Below, piece after piece: positions 1 through 12,762 of a DNA stretch of 64,000 nt (position 1 is the first letter of the stretch; the number at the start of each line of letters is the position of its first letter). This DNA comes from Eledone cirrhosa (Eukaryota), in NCBI GenBank assembly GCA_964016885.1, contig OZ024742.1, positions 179,676,001 to 179,740,000 of the forward strand, in the 5' to 3' direction. The notes beneath the pieces are model-generated. The model did not search any database, was not told the origin of the DNA, and saw only the letters and a program-made list of their open reading frames with translations. The position numbers were made by a program, and so were the translations under genes.

Positions 1-1653
1 TGTTGTGTTGTTTGTTCGGGAGTTTTCTTTTTATGGTGGGTGCTTGTGATTGGGGTAGTGTTGGTGTTGGTTTTGCTGGTAGGGGATGTTTGACTGTGGC
101 GTTGTGTGTTGTTGTTTGTGTCTGTGGTTGTGTGTTGGTGTCGGTGATTGGAGTTTTTTTTTTTTTTTTTTTTGGCTTTCCGAGGCTCTCCTTCTTCACT
201 TAAAGAAGGAGAAGCAGCCTCATCTGTTGAATAATCATCGTCAGGGGTGTGGGTGGGGGTTTGTTGTCTGTTGGTGGTGTTTCGGTGTGTGTTTTTGTGG
301 TAGTGTTTGATGGAGTGGGATGGGGTGTGGCTGTGTTCTTCAGGGGTGTTGTCTGTGTTTTTTCTGTTGTTGTTGGTTGAGTGGTTGTTTGTTTTGGTGT
401 GTTTGCTTGTTTCGTGTGTTGTTGTTGTTGTGGTGGTGGTTGTTTTGCGTTGGTGTTGGTAACAGTGTTGGTATTGCTTTGGTTGAGCGTGTTTGTAAAG
501 GGCAGGAGGCCTTTAGGTGTGTGGTGCTATTGAAACGAAAGCAATGTGGTTTTCGTCCCTCAACCGAAATGCTGATGTGGCTGTTGTTGTCAACCAGCAC
601 TTTTTCTGGTATTTTGGAGATTTTTTCCGGGCTCATTTATACCAGAATCTCCAAATTTCTTCCAGACCAGGTGTGTCTGGTTGACCTTTTGGTGGAGAGA
701 ATGAAGTCTTTTCTCTCCTCTAAAAATCTTCCAATATCCACCAAATATTAATATTTGGTGGTATGTTTGAAACTCTAATTTTTTGTGTTCAGGTATGTAG
801 GGAAAAAGGTGTATTTTTGTGACAGTATTGGCGTCACTGAGTATCTTTGTGCAAGGGCCTCGCTTTTGAGGAGTACCGAAATACTTCCGTACTGTTTGGC
901 CCTCTGCATAAAGTCAATGTCTGGCAATATCTCCTTCAAGGTTGCCCAAATTTCCCCTTGACTGAGGAGTGCTGGTCGTTTTGTTTCATTTGAAACAGTT
1001 CTGAAGGTAATTGTCCTTCGAAATGTTTCCAGACGAATTTATGGGGGTGAGTTTATCTGAAATCCATCGTTTTCACCGAAAGTGATAAACTCCTTTGCTT
1101 CAGAGAGCATCTGTTTCGCATTGGAGATATCGATATCCTTGAACTCTTGTGTCTTGATGACTGCGCAAAAGTTTTTTGGTGTTATTGTTATTGTTGTTGT
1201 TGTGGTTGTCGGTTTTTCCGTTTGTAGTTGTGACAATTGATTTTTCTGTTGATTTTGTTGTCTGTTGTACACTGTGTGGTTCAATTTTGTTCGTCTTGTC
1301 TACTTCACTTGCGTTACACAAAACTTTGTTGTTAACTACATCGATACAGGCAAAGCTCTTAGCAACGTTAAAGTCTATTACTTATTTTCTTTTTCCTTCT
1401 TCAACGTTCGCTAGCGTTCTTTGTACGTTTGACATTGCTGGTGGCAAAATATTAAACATTTTTAACAGTTTTCAAATTAATTTCAAATTAAATTTTCGCC
1501 CCGATGTGGGCGAAAAATGAGATTGCCACCCAGCTGACAATTCAGCCTGGTGGTTAATCTACAAAACAATGTGTTTTTTTAAACAAGAATTTCTGTTTTT
1601 TGTAAATAAATTGACAGAAATTTACTAGCAAAATTGTGTGCGTCCAGCTACCA
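1..1653 (-). mobile_element. Tx1/L1-type LINE copy 1: 5' UTR and decayed ORF1, cut by the window edge
   Basis: ORF 340..636(-) ISISVEGRKPHCFRFNSTTHLKASCP is homologous to the ORF1 zinc knuckle of copy 2 (ISILVEGKRPQCHKCGKTTHLKAFCP). Q/T/N-rich linkers are also shared. Confidence 0.8.
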
Positions 1654-1655
1654 AT

Positions 1656-1674
1656 ATAGATAGATAGATAGATA
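1656..1674. repeat. (GATA)n tract at the LINE1/LINE2 junction
   Basis: atagatagatagatagata. Confidence 0.95.
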
Positions 1675-1925
1675 TCTTTCTTAATTTGCCACAGGGGTGT
1701 ACAAAAATGGGACATTACAAGACGTGACGGCGGGGGTTTTACATAAAAATAACTTTAACATTAATAATAACAATAAACTATATATAATAAAATAACAATT
1801 GAAATCCCCAATAGGGGGGAACGTTACTGCAGGGTTGTTTTACACCCCCGTGGATAGAACAACCCTCAACACCAGGAACACGTTTTGTAGGTGTTCCTGT
1901 CTTCCCTCTATTTATCTTCCTCAAC

Positions 1926-4900
1926 CTACAGGTTTATATACAGAGAAGGCCCATTCACTCGGGCCATTTTTGCCACATTCACCCAACTTTCAGAGAATTT
2001 ACTGGGGTGTAGCACCTCTCTCTCCACTCTCACCTTCCTTCTGAAGTGATACTTAAAGAAGGGGATAAGTTGTTGTCCGGAGAGAAAGGTGTTTGCCCTC
2101 AGTCCTTTTAACCTCATCCATCATATTACCTCTTTTGCCATAGCCACCAGAGAGAGGAAAACCGCCTCTCCTTCGTTCTTAAATGGAGGCGGCGGGGTGA
2201 TCCTCACGATAGACTCGGTTGACAACTGGATGCGTCCGACACGTGACAGCAGCTGTTCGACATAATTCCACAGGTCGGTCACTCCTGGGCACTGAACAAT
2301 TGCGTGCAGAACGGTTTCGATGTCCTGCTCGCATCTTGGACAGGTCCTTTTGGCAAGATCTCTGCCATGGCGTCCGCGCCTGTAGATTTTGTCTCGAACT
2401 GGTAGGGCTCCTCGGTATCACTGCCAGACCAGAGACCTCTGGATGTTATCCATAGGCCCTGGACGGAAAGTCCTCCCGAACAGACTGGTCAGTTCGTCCT
2501 CCTCGATGCCTAGAGTTTCCCCGAGAACGTCGTCGCACTTATCCTCCACTAATCCCCTATAGAATGTCGAAGTAGAGTCTCCGCTGATTGCCGTTTCCGC
2601 TTGGTAGAGGGCTGTGAGCGCCTGTAGGCACTCGAGATGCCAAGCACTCATTTTCGGTCTTCGCTTGACCTAGGACTGCAGCTCTGTTAGTGAGACGAGT
2701 TGTAGAAGAGCTTGTCTCACAAACGACAGCCACAACGGTTCAGCGGTCAGGAATACCTGGAGATGGCGTAGCTTCAGCGCATGTTTGCGCATCATCAGCC
2801 ACGGCAAGACCAGCCCTCCGTTAGAAAGGTGTTAACAGCAGATGGATCTCCTCAACAATGGAGCCTGTTTCTTCAAGAGGAACTTGAAGAGTAGGCGTTC
2901 CATTTTGGTAAGGTATTCGGGGGGCAAGGCACGACTGTCAAGCGGTAGTAGATGACGGACGATATGTAAGTGTTCGCCACCTCCGCTCGACCTTTCAAGG
3001 AGAGTTTGCACTCAGCCCACTTCTGGGTGAGTGCAAACACCTTCGCCGTGACCTCGTTCCAGTTCTTGTCCACCTGGAAGTCTGGACCGAACCAGAGCCC
3101 GAGCAATTTCACCGGTCCTTCCGTCCAGCGTCCAACGACACTGTCGGACGGCATGGGTTTGCCTCTCCATGTGCCGAGTTGCAAACCGACAGATTTGTTT
3201 GGGTTTAGTCTTGCTCCTGTCAACGTTTCGTATTCCTGTAATAGGTTGCCGATTACCCTGATTTCCGAGGTTTTCGACACCATTATGGTTATGTCGTCGG
3301 CATAAGCTGACGCTGCTTTCCGCAGTCCTGGTTCAATCGGGATCCCCTGCAAGAGCTCCAATTTCCGCAGTAACGGCTCGAGAGTCAGTACATACAGAAT
3401 GGAGGAGAGAGGGCATCCCTGACGGATGGAACACATGATAGGTACCCATTCACCTTGACTGCCGAGCAGATGCTGGTGTGCATGGCAGCAATCTAGCGTC
3501 TGAAGACGGGACCGAAGCCGGTCGCCTTGAGAACTGCTTCCAAGTATTGATGGTCGACCCTATCAAATGCCTTAGACTGATCTAAATTGATCAGAGCCCC
3601 ACCAAAGCCAGGTTTACACCCTACCCTCTCTATGATGTATCGCATGAGGTGGAGGTTGTCGTGTATGGACCTGGTCGGGATTGCACACGTTTGGGCTTCC
3701 CCTACCAGGTTCTCGATGACAAGCGTCAGCCTTGCTGCTAACACCTTGGCCCAAATCTTTAACTCTGTGTTGAGCAGAGTTATGGGCCTGAAATTGCTTA
3801 TCTCATCCCCCTTGTTCTCTTCTTTCCTGATCAGCGTTACTACGCCTCTACTGCCAGTTGCCGTAGCCCGCTTCGAGGACGCCAGAGAACAAGTCTGGTA
3901 TGCCTACGTAAAACTCATAGGGTAGACCATCTAAACCGAGGGATTTGCGTTTCCCGCAGCGGCCTAGGGCATCTTCTATTTCTCCCGCTGTGATCGGCCT
4001 TTCGCAGCTCTCCGCATCCGTGCTCGAGAGTCGCGGTACGCCGTCGAGGTAGGAGCTGAAGTCCATCACCTCGATCGATGTACCGCTTTGCCCGAACAGT
4101 TGTGCAAAATACTGCTGGAAGGCCGCGCACATCTGCTTGGATTCAAGTATAATGCGTCCATCTTTGTCTTGCAAAGACCGAATTGTGGATTTGTTGCCAC
4201 TTTTCGCCTCTGCCACTCGGGCCCAGCTAACAGCTTTGGCTCCCTCGTTTCTTAGAGCACGTGTTCTACTTCTGACAATACAACCTTCGTGTTTCACGTT
4301 GAAGAACTGGTCTATTGCCGTTCTCGCCGCTAGTACGTCAGCTGTACTGCCATTCCTAAGTGCCTCTTCTATTTTAGCTACCAGTTATTTTCAGTTTTTT
4401 TTTTTATAAAGCTACTTCCTTGCTAAATGCTATTGATTCTATTCTAATTGCTCTCTTGAGAGAGCTCCATCACCTGTTTTTGACGATCGCCCCAGTCAAC
4501 TGGCACTTAACTAAGGTGCTAATCCATTTATTGTAGGCCTTACGTGCCGGGAGCGACATGTTTAGCTTCCAGTATCCGGGTCGCTGTTTATGTGTTCTAT
4601 CAAGGTTGACTACGCAGGTGACTAATTTGTGGTCTGAATAGGCAACCATGTGCATTTGTGGACAGCTTAATGTTTCCTTATCATTCTGTCTAATTAAAAA
4701 AATCTATCTAAATACAATCTAGAAGACCCAGTGCGGTTTCTCCACGTCCACAGTGGTGCACTTGGGAAGTCTAGTCGATATCTATCACCCAGTTGGAATT
4801 GGCTGATGAGATTTTTGAGGCTATTACACCCCCCTCTATTATCACAAGCTCCTACATAGTCCCAACGTGCGTTTAAGATCCCATTCCAGTCCCTCGCTAA

Positions 4901-5310
4901 CACTAAGGAGTGAAACGTTCCCAGGAATGGCTCCAGACGCTTGAAGAACTTTGGTCGCGATGTCCCAGTCGGGGCATATACGGCCACCAGTCTGAAAGCT
5001 CCACCTTCACTACCATTCACGTCCAGGACCACCAGGCTGCCTTTCGGGTCCAAGTGAATCGGCTGTATTTTGAGATCCAAGTTTTTCGAAACAGAACAGC
5101 AACTCCCCCTCCACCTCCTGGCTGACAGAGAGATGGGTAGATCTCAAAATCATCGAACATGGGGGTTAGCTGCTGCTTGTCGTGAATTCTGGACTCGGTG
5201 ATGGCTATCACATCTATACAATGTGACCTGAGATCATTTGAAAGCTGGCCCTGTTTCCAGGACATACCCAGACCACGTACATTCAAACATCCAGCTTGTA
5301 TAGTCGCCAT
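1926..5310 (-). pseudogene. ORF2 (APE endonuclease + reverse transcriptase), fragmented
   Basis: MATIQAGCLNVRGL, AITES, VAVYAP, YLDRFF, SDHKLV (APE); DQSKAFDRV, RQGCPLS, AYADD (RT). Several frameshifts and stops. Confidence 0.9.
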
Positions 5311-5349
5311 GTTGGCGAAGAAGAGTTAAGGAGAGAAAAGGCAGGAACA

Positions 5350-7198
5350 CTTACCTTTTCGTTTCCTGGAGGTCGGGTTGTTCGACCTCCATGTCCAGAT
5401 TGGTGGTGTTTGGGGAGGGAGGAAATCCTTTTAGCAGGACACGGTTAAGTGGCTTTTGGCAAGGGGGGCCCACATCATGTGGGAAGTTCTCTTTTAAAGT
5501 TTCATACTGAAGGGTTGTTACCCTGATAAGGTTGAGGTTTGGGGGTGGGTCGTTGGTGGGGAAAGTTTTCCCTTCCGTTTGTATTGTGGGGGTCCTTTCG
5601 GACAGTTTCCACCAGTTCTTTGTTTCTTGTTTTTATGTATGTGTAGTGTGTTTTGTTTTTTATGTGTACTGTTTCTGTTTGTAGTTTTCTTTTTGTGGTT
5701 GGGGTTTGTGATTGTGGTGGTGTGGGTGTTTGTTTTGTTGGTGAAGTGTTTGGTTGTGTTGGTGGTGATTGTGTTGTTGGTGTGTTTGTCGTTTGTGGTG
5801 GTGTGTTTATGGTGGGGTTGGGTGTGTGCGTGTTTCCTGTAGATGTTTTTGTGTCTTTTTTGTGTCTTTTTTGTTTTTTGGATTTTTGGGGTTTCTCTTC
5901 ATTCTCACTTGGAGATGTATAGGTCCCGTATCTGAGACTTCTGAATCAGGGGTAGATGGGAGAGGTATGTTGTGTGGTGGAGTGTTTGTGCAGGTGTTTG
6001 TGGAAGTATTTGACAGGGGGGGGGAAGAGGCAATGGAGGGTTTTTCAGTGGGATTTTGTGTGTGTGGTTGTCTCTGGTCTGTGGTGGTGTGAGAGTGGAT
6101 GTTGCAGGTCTTTGTGTTTTGTTTGGTTTGGAGTGTTGATGTTGGGGTTTGGGTGTTGGTAATAACACCTTGTTTGTCCTCGGTTTGTTTAAGAGAGGGC
6201 AAAAGGCCTTTAAGTGTGTGGTTTTCCCACACTTATGGCACTGAGGTCTTTTCCCCTCCACTAAAATGGAGATGACATCTTCCTCAAGGACGATCCTGTT
6301 CGGTATTTTTTCAACTCTCTCTGGCCTCATTTGTATCAGAACCTCGATGCAGGTTCCAAACCAGTTATGCCGGTCTGTTCTGTCTACAGATAGGAGGGTG
6401 TCCTCATCCTTCTACAGGATGCAGCGTAGGATTCACCATATGTTAAGCTCGAGCTGGGATCCTGGTTAATTTTATTTTGTAGGATCTTCTTCTCATGTAT
6501 GTAGGGAAGAAGATGTGTTGATCCGTTTTTATTGAGTGAACCGAGTGTTTTTGTGCCAGAGTTTCGCTCTTAAAGAGCACTGACACACTTCCATACTGTT
6601 TACCTCTTTGGTGGTATACCATGTCTGACTTGATGTCTTTTAGTGCAGCTTCAATAGTGCTTGTTGGGAGCGTTATCGGTTTTTTGGTAGTGATGTCAAC
6701 TGTTCTATAAATTAGCTTCTTTTTCTGTGTCATTTCTCTTACTTGTGGGGGGTATGTGTATGTGTGGGTGTCTCCCTCAAACGCACATAGTTGGAAGGTT
6801 CTTCCAAATATTGGGACTTTTGGGAAATGTCCATGGTGTAGTATTTAAAATCCTGTTGCTAAGCAACTGTTGCTGCAAATGAAATGTTGTTATTGTTGTT
6901 GTTGGTGGTGATGATGGTCTCATTCGTTGTGTTGCCACTGATTCCTTTTGTTGTGTTGTTGTTGTTCTCATTTATTGTGTTGTTGTTGTTGCTTGTGGTG
7001 GTGTTTTATATTTGCTACACATTCTTCCTTCTGTGTGTGGATACATCTGGCGTTTGTGACGTCAGGCGTGTTCAGTTGCTTACAAGCAGCTGAAGCTTGT
7101 TTCTCTTCTAAGTGTTGAGGCGATAATGTTGGCATTCCTTTGTCCATGTTTGCTACTACCTGCTGGTCAATCAAGTACACACGGCTTTCCCTTCCCAT
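5350..7198 (-). pseudogene. ORF1 (RNA-binding protein with CX2CX4HX4C zinc knuckle), fragmented
   Basis: CHKCGKTTHLKAFC in ORF 5905..6330; an RRM-like segment in ORF 6443..6733. Start and end are approximate. Confidence 0.7.
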
Positions 7199-7472
7199 CT
7201 TCTTGTTTTGACAAAAAAGTAGGTGCCTTTGCTTCAGCCATTTTTTAAATTTGAAGTGTTTTGCAAAAATTCTTTTCGAAAATATTTTGGATGTTTTTAC
7301 CCTGAGGGGCACGATATTTTGGGAGACTGACCAGATCAAAATTTGACCTGTCAGTCCCTCTACAAATTGGTATAAAAATAAAAGTTCACAATGACAAATT
7401 TCTAAAGAAATCTAAACAAAACTTACAGACCAAGTTTAACACGTGTCCATCCCAGAGATAGCGAGATAGATA

Positions 7473-9896
7473 AATTTCTTTATTAGCCACAAGGGCACAA
7501 AAGAAGGGGACAAATACAAATGGGGAGTTTACATACAGGTATATGAAAATAAAACTATTAATACAATAACAAATAACAATTGAAATCCCCAATAGGGAGG
7601 AGGTGTTACACAGGGGTTGTACACACCCGAAAAAATGTACAACCCTCATCTCCAGGAGCAGCAAGAGTGAGTACTCCCTTCCTCTCTTCCTCTTTTTCCT
7701 CAACCTACAGGCTTATATAGAGAGAAGGCCCAACCACTCGGGCCATCTTTACCACATTCACCCACTTTTTATAAAATTTTCTGGGGTACAGCACCTCTCT
7801 CTCCATCCTGATTCTTCTTCCAAAATGATATTTGAAAAAACGAATCAGTTGCTCGCCGGAGAGAAAGGTGGCTGACCTCAGCCCTTTTAACCTCGTCCAC
7901 CATATAACCTCTTTCACCATAGCCATAACACATAGGAAAACCGCCTCTCCCTCGTTTTTGAAGGAGGGTGGTGGTTTGATCATGACAATGGACTCGGTGG
8001 TCAACTGGATTGGCCCCACCCGCGACAATAGTCGTTCTACATAGCCCCACAGCTCGGTAACGCCCGAGCAGTGTACAAATGCGTGTGTGACGGTTTCCTC
8101 GTCGCGCACGCATCTTGGACAGATCTTTTTCGAAGGGTCCCTACCCGGGCGCCTGTGTCTGTAGAGCTTGTCTCGAACTGGTAGAGCTCCTCGGTAGCAC
8201 TGCCAGGCCAGAGACCTCTGGAAGTTATCCATAGGCCCTGGACGGAAAGTCCTCCCGAACAGACTGGTCAGTTCGTCCTCCTCGATGCCTAGAGTTTGAA
8301 GGGTGTTGGCAGCAGATGGATCTTCTCACCAAAGGAGCCCGTCTTTTCCAAAGGAATTGGAAGAGCGCGTTCCATTTTGTGAGCGTTTTGGCTGGACAAG
8401 GCACAACGATCAAGCAGTAGTAGATGACGGACGCTATAAAAGTGTTCGCCACCTCCGCTCGACCTTTCAAGGGTAGTTTGCGCTCGGCTCACTTCTGGGT
8501 GAGCGCAAACACCTTGGCCGTCACTTCGTTCCAGTTCTTCTCCACCTGGAGGTCAGGACCAAACCAGACCCCGAGCAGCTTTACCGGTCCTTCCGCATCG
8601 GTTTGCCTCTCCACGTTCCGAGTTGCAAACCGACGGATTTGTCCCGGTTCAGCTTCACTCCTCTGAACCTTTCGCATTCCTCCAGTAAGGTGCCGATCTC
8701 CCCAATTTGCGAGGTGCTCGACACCATTACTGTCACGTCGTCGGCGTAGGCCGACGCCGCTTTTCGCAGTCCCGGTTCCAAAGGGATTCCTTGCAATAGC
8801 TCCAACTTCCACAGAAGGGAGGAGAGAGGGCATCCCTGTCGGATGGATCGCGTGATATGGAACGGCTCCGAGAGGTAGCCGTTCACCTTAACCCTTGAGC
8901 AGATGTTGCTGTTGTGCATTGCAGCAATCCAACCCCCGAACACGGGACCGAAGCCTGCCGCCTCGAGCACCGCATCCAGGTAACGATGGTCAACCCTATC
9001 GAAAGCCTTAGACTGATCCAAGTTGATCAGGGCCCCACCGAAGCCGGGTTTACACCCTACCCTCTCTATGATGTATCGCATGAGATGGAGGTTGTCGTGT
9101 ATGGACCTAGTCGGGATTGCGCATGTCTGCGCTTCTCCCACCAGGTTTTCGACGACAAGCGCCAGCCTCTTTGACAACACCTTGGCCAAAATCTGTAACT
9201 CTGTGTTGAGCAGAGTTATGGGCCGGAAGTTGCCTATGTCATCCCCCTTGTTCTCGTCCTTCCTGACTAACGTGATTACGCCCTTGGTCACAGAACTGGG
9301 AATTCTCCCGTTCTGCTGCCAGTTGCAGTAGACCGCTTCCAGGAGACCGGAGAACAAGTGCGGCATTGCTACGTAAAATTCGTAGGGTAGACCGTCGAGA
9401 CCTGGAGATTTGCGTTTTCCGCATTGGCTCAGCGCGTCCCCTATCTCAGCGGCCGAAATCTGCCTTTCGCAGAACTTCGCCTCGCTGTCCGAGAGTCGCG
9501 GTAGGCCGTCGAGGTATGAACCGAAATCCATAGCCCCTCCCGGCGCGCCGCCTTGCCCGAACAGTTGAGCAAAGTGCCGCTGAAAGGCCGCGCACATTAC
9601 TTCGGCTCACGTATCACGCGTCCGTCTTGGTCCTTGAAAGACCGAATCGTGGACTTGTTGCCACTTTTAGCCTCCGTCACTCGGGCCCAGCTAACAGCTT
9701 TGGCTCCCTCGTTTCCCAGAGCGCGTATTTTGCTTCTGACAACGCAGCCTTCATGCTTTGCGTCGAAGAACTTGTCCAAGGCCGTTCTCGTCGATATCTA
9801 TCAGCCAGGTCAAATCGGCCGATTAACTGTTTGAGGCTGTTACACCCCCCCCCCTCTATCGGGACATGCTCCCACATAGTCCCAACGTGCATCTAG
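7473..9896 (-). mobile_element. Tx1/L1-type LINE copy 3, 5'-truncated within APE, with internal deletions
   Basis: ORF 8581..9597 is RT (KSPGLDGLP, NFRPITLLN, DQSKAFDRV, RQGCPLS, AYADD). ORF 7705..8232 has the C-terminal CPRC...ET..H.F..C motif. AATAAA at 7479-7484(-). Confidence 0.9.
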
Positions 9897-9914
9897 GATA
9901 GATAGATAGATAGA
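9897..9914. repeat. (GATA)n tract at the 5' truncation point of LINE copy 3
   Basis: gatagatagatagataga. Confidence 0.95.
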
Positions 9915-9990
9915 AAGACGTTTAGTACCAAACACACACACATATATTTCTTACTCTCTCTCTGTCTCTCCCTCCTTCTCTCTTCATCTA

Positions 9991-11003
9991 TCTGTATATA
10001 TATAAAATTAAGTATGTGTGTGTGTGTCTGTGTGTCTGTGTAATACCTATAGGGGCCTACATCTTACGACCAATTTTCATCAAACTTTACAGGTTCATAG
10101 ATTAGTCATCGGGGAGTGTTTTCAATATATCAGTGTATCGTTTTTTTTTTATTCTCGGGTCATTCTGCAGATAAAAATCGATAGGTGGTCACCTTTTTTT
10201 AGGTATCGAAAAATAAGAATTTTGGCTCTAGCTCCCACATTTTGCCACCGATTTCGTTCAAATTTTAAAGCAAAATAGAATTTATTATTGCACATCCTGT
10301 AATGGCTTTACCTTTTGGAGTTTTTGTTCAGGAACGGCGTGGCAGCCGCTTAAATATTCGAAAATACCACCTTTTCGCTCAAATTTCCGCCTTTTCGGCT
10401 CTAGCTCCCACATTTTTCAACCGATTTCGTTCAAATTCGAAACTTCGGTTCCACCTCACACATACATCAATTTATTTGGTTCAACTGTTATACTACGACA
10501 GAACCTATTATTGCACATCTTATAGTAGCTTTACACTTTGCATTTTGTATTCAGGGACGGTAACCTATCATTAGCTCCCACATTTTTCAACCGATTTCGT
10601 TCAAATTCGAAACTTAGGCTCCACTTCACACATAAATCAATTTATTTGGTTCAACTTTTATACTACGATAGAACCTATCATTGCACATCTTATAGATGGT
10701 CAAAAGCAAAACGATGGCCACTGACGTCGTCTGAGCTTTTAGTTATGTATTTGAGAATTCATCGGTTTCCAATCAAGTAGCGTGAAGAAATTTGGCTTAG
10801 TGTTATAGGTCATTACTCCCCCCCCCCCCCAGCATGCCCCTTCGTCATTGACCCGCGTTTCTCAGTGATAGAGGTCATCACCATCCTCCCCCGCATGGCC
10901 TGTGTGTGGCCATATATGAGTCATCGAGAAGCAGTCGCTAAGATCTACACCTTTTCATCAAAGCAGATATTATTTTACCTACCCAGCTGGATACTGCTGC
11001 TAG
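9991..11003 (+). mobile_element. Non-autonomous Helitron-like element with internal direct repeats
   Basis: 5' end A|TCTGTATATATATAAAATT; 3' end tacccagctggata hairpin followed by CTAG|T. Internal repeat tagctcccacattttt...ccgatttcgttcaaatt at about 10229, 10402 and 10572. Confidence 0.65.
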
Positions 11004-11126
11004 TGTGTATATATATATATATATATATACGACTGGGGTAGAAGCTGCTAAATGTTCGGTCGCCCTCATGTTTCTGATTTTCAGCCCCATGGATTTTTTC
11101 TAGTATATTCCTTTGCTATATTTCGA

Positions 11127-11184
11127 ATACCTGATGATGTCACCGGATTCATCCTGAACCCAGTCATTGAAATGATCATAGTAT
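11127..11184 (+). ncRNA. Type I hammerhead ribozyme motif
   Basis: atac CTGATGA [stem II] GAAA tgatca TA gtat, followed by AATAAA. Stem III is palindromic. Confidence 0.7.
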
Positions 11185-11376
11185 AATAAACCTTTAAGGA
11201 ATTACACTAGTCCAGCCTCCTGTTATTTTATAATGATTAACTCAGTATTCGCACAACCAACTACACAAATGAAGACGGGGGAGTTGCATTACGTTGAGTG
11301 CTCTCCATAATATTACATCGAGGTTGACCATACGGAATGACCAGTTCTATCCAGTGGTGAACCAACAAATATAAAT

Positions 11377-11415
<39 letters not shown>

Positions 11416-11419
11416 TATG

Positions 11420-11678
11420 TACACGTACATATATATATGTATACAGATGTACAGTAGTATGCATATATATATACATACATGCACACATATATATATGTAC
11501 GTATGGATTCACCGAACATTTATTATAATGCTCGGTGTGTTTGTAAACAAACATCCCGAATTAAGTCGTACAGTGTCTAGCAACCATCGTTGCTCATTTG
11601 TTCAACACTGACAAAGGAACGCTGTACTAGTTTCAAGCTTATTAGCTATATATATTTATATATAGCTAATAAGCTTGA

Positions 11679-11683
<5 letters not shown>
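11420..11683 (-). mobile_element. Truncated copy of retrozyme-like family B, ending in a fold-back hairpin
   Basis: Homologous to 62850-63095. tagtttcaagcttattagcta...tagctaataagcttgaaacta is inverted at 11628-11683. Confidence 0.7.
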
Positions 11684-11892
<209 letters not shown>

Positions 11893-12146
11893 AGATCAAA
11901 AGATGGTTAAAGGAGTTCCATGTATTTTATTATGCGCATTTCAAAAGCAAACATCATCATGCAATAATATTTGTGTTTTCATCAGATAAAACAGGAGAAC
12001 ATGATATGAAGGCTAAAAAACACTTGTGGATAGTGCAGTTTTAAATCAACATATTATATTATGTATACTCCAGTCCTACAAACTGTAGAGTGCTTCTTAT
12101 CCGATATCTGCATTGCTTTATTGTACTACAATAAAACTCACCTCCT

Positions 12147-12338
<192 letters not shown>

Positions 12339-12690
12339 GCTTGTGTGTCTGTTTCTATATATGTATGTTTGCATGCACGAATGAATACACTAAGCTTTAG
12401 ATTTAGTAGAATGTACAACCACCGATTCCAGCTATTTGCAATATCGTACATTTTAGTTTCTAGTAATTTCCTGGGGAATTGCTTGACCAAATGGTTTGCT
12501 TAATTGTTTAATTAAAAAAAAAAAAAATGTTATTCTTTCTCTTAGACTTCAGGTATTTTTTGAAAGCAAAGCATTTGCCTTAAAATACTACAGTGTCCCT
12601 GCAATGCTGCTGTGGGCTCTTGCAATGCTACCGTGGGGCCCATAGGGCCCACTTGCCATTGGGCAACCTGGCCAATCCACCGCTGTGTGT

Positions 12691-12756
<66 letters not shown>

Positions 12757-12762
<6 letters not shown>

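Larger units (their letters stand above)
1675..7455 (-). mobile_element. Tx1/L1-type LINE copy 2, near full length (about 5.8 kb), frameshifted
   Basis: ORF1 with a CCHC knuckle, then ORF2 with APE, RT and C-terminal region in order. The 3' end runs into (TATC)n. Confidence 0.9.

Noticed and set aside
5295-5360. Perfect splice donor AG|GTAAGT plus a pyrimidine tract between LINE ORF1 and ORF2 (minus strand)
   Set aside because: It overlaps the likely ORF1 stop, the nearest acceptor does not give an evident in-frame fusion, and it is a single instance.
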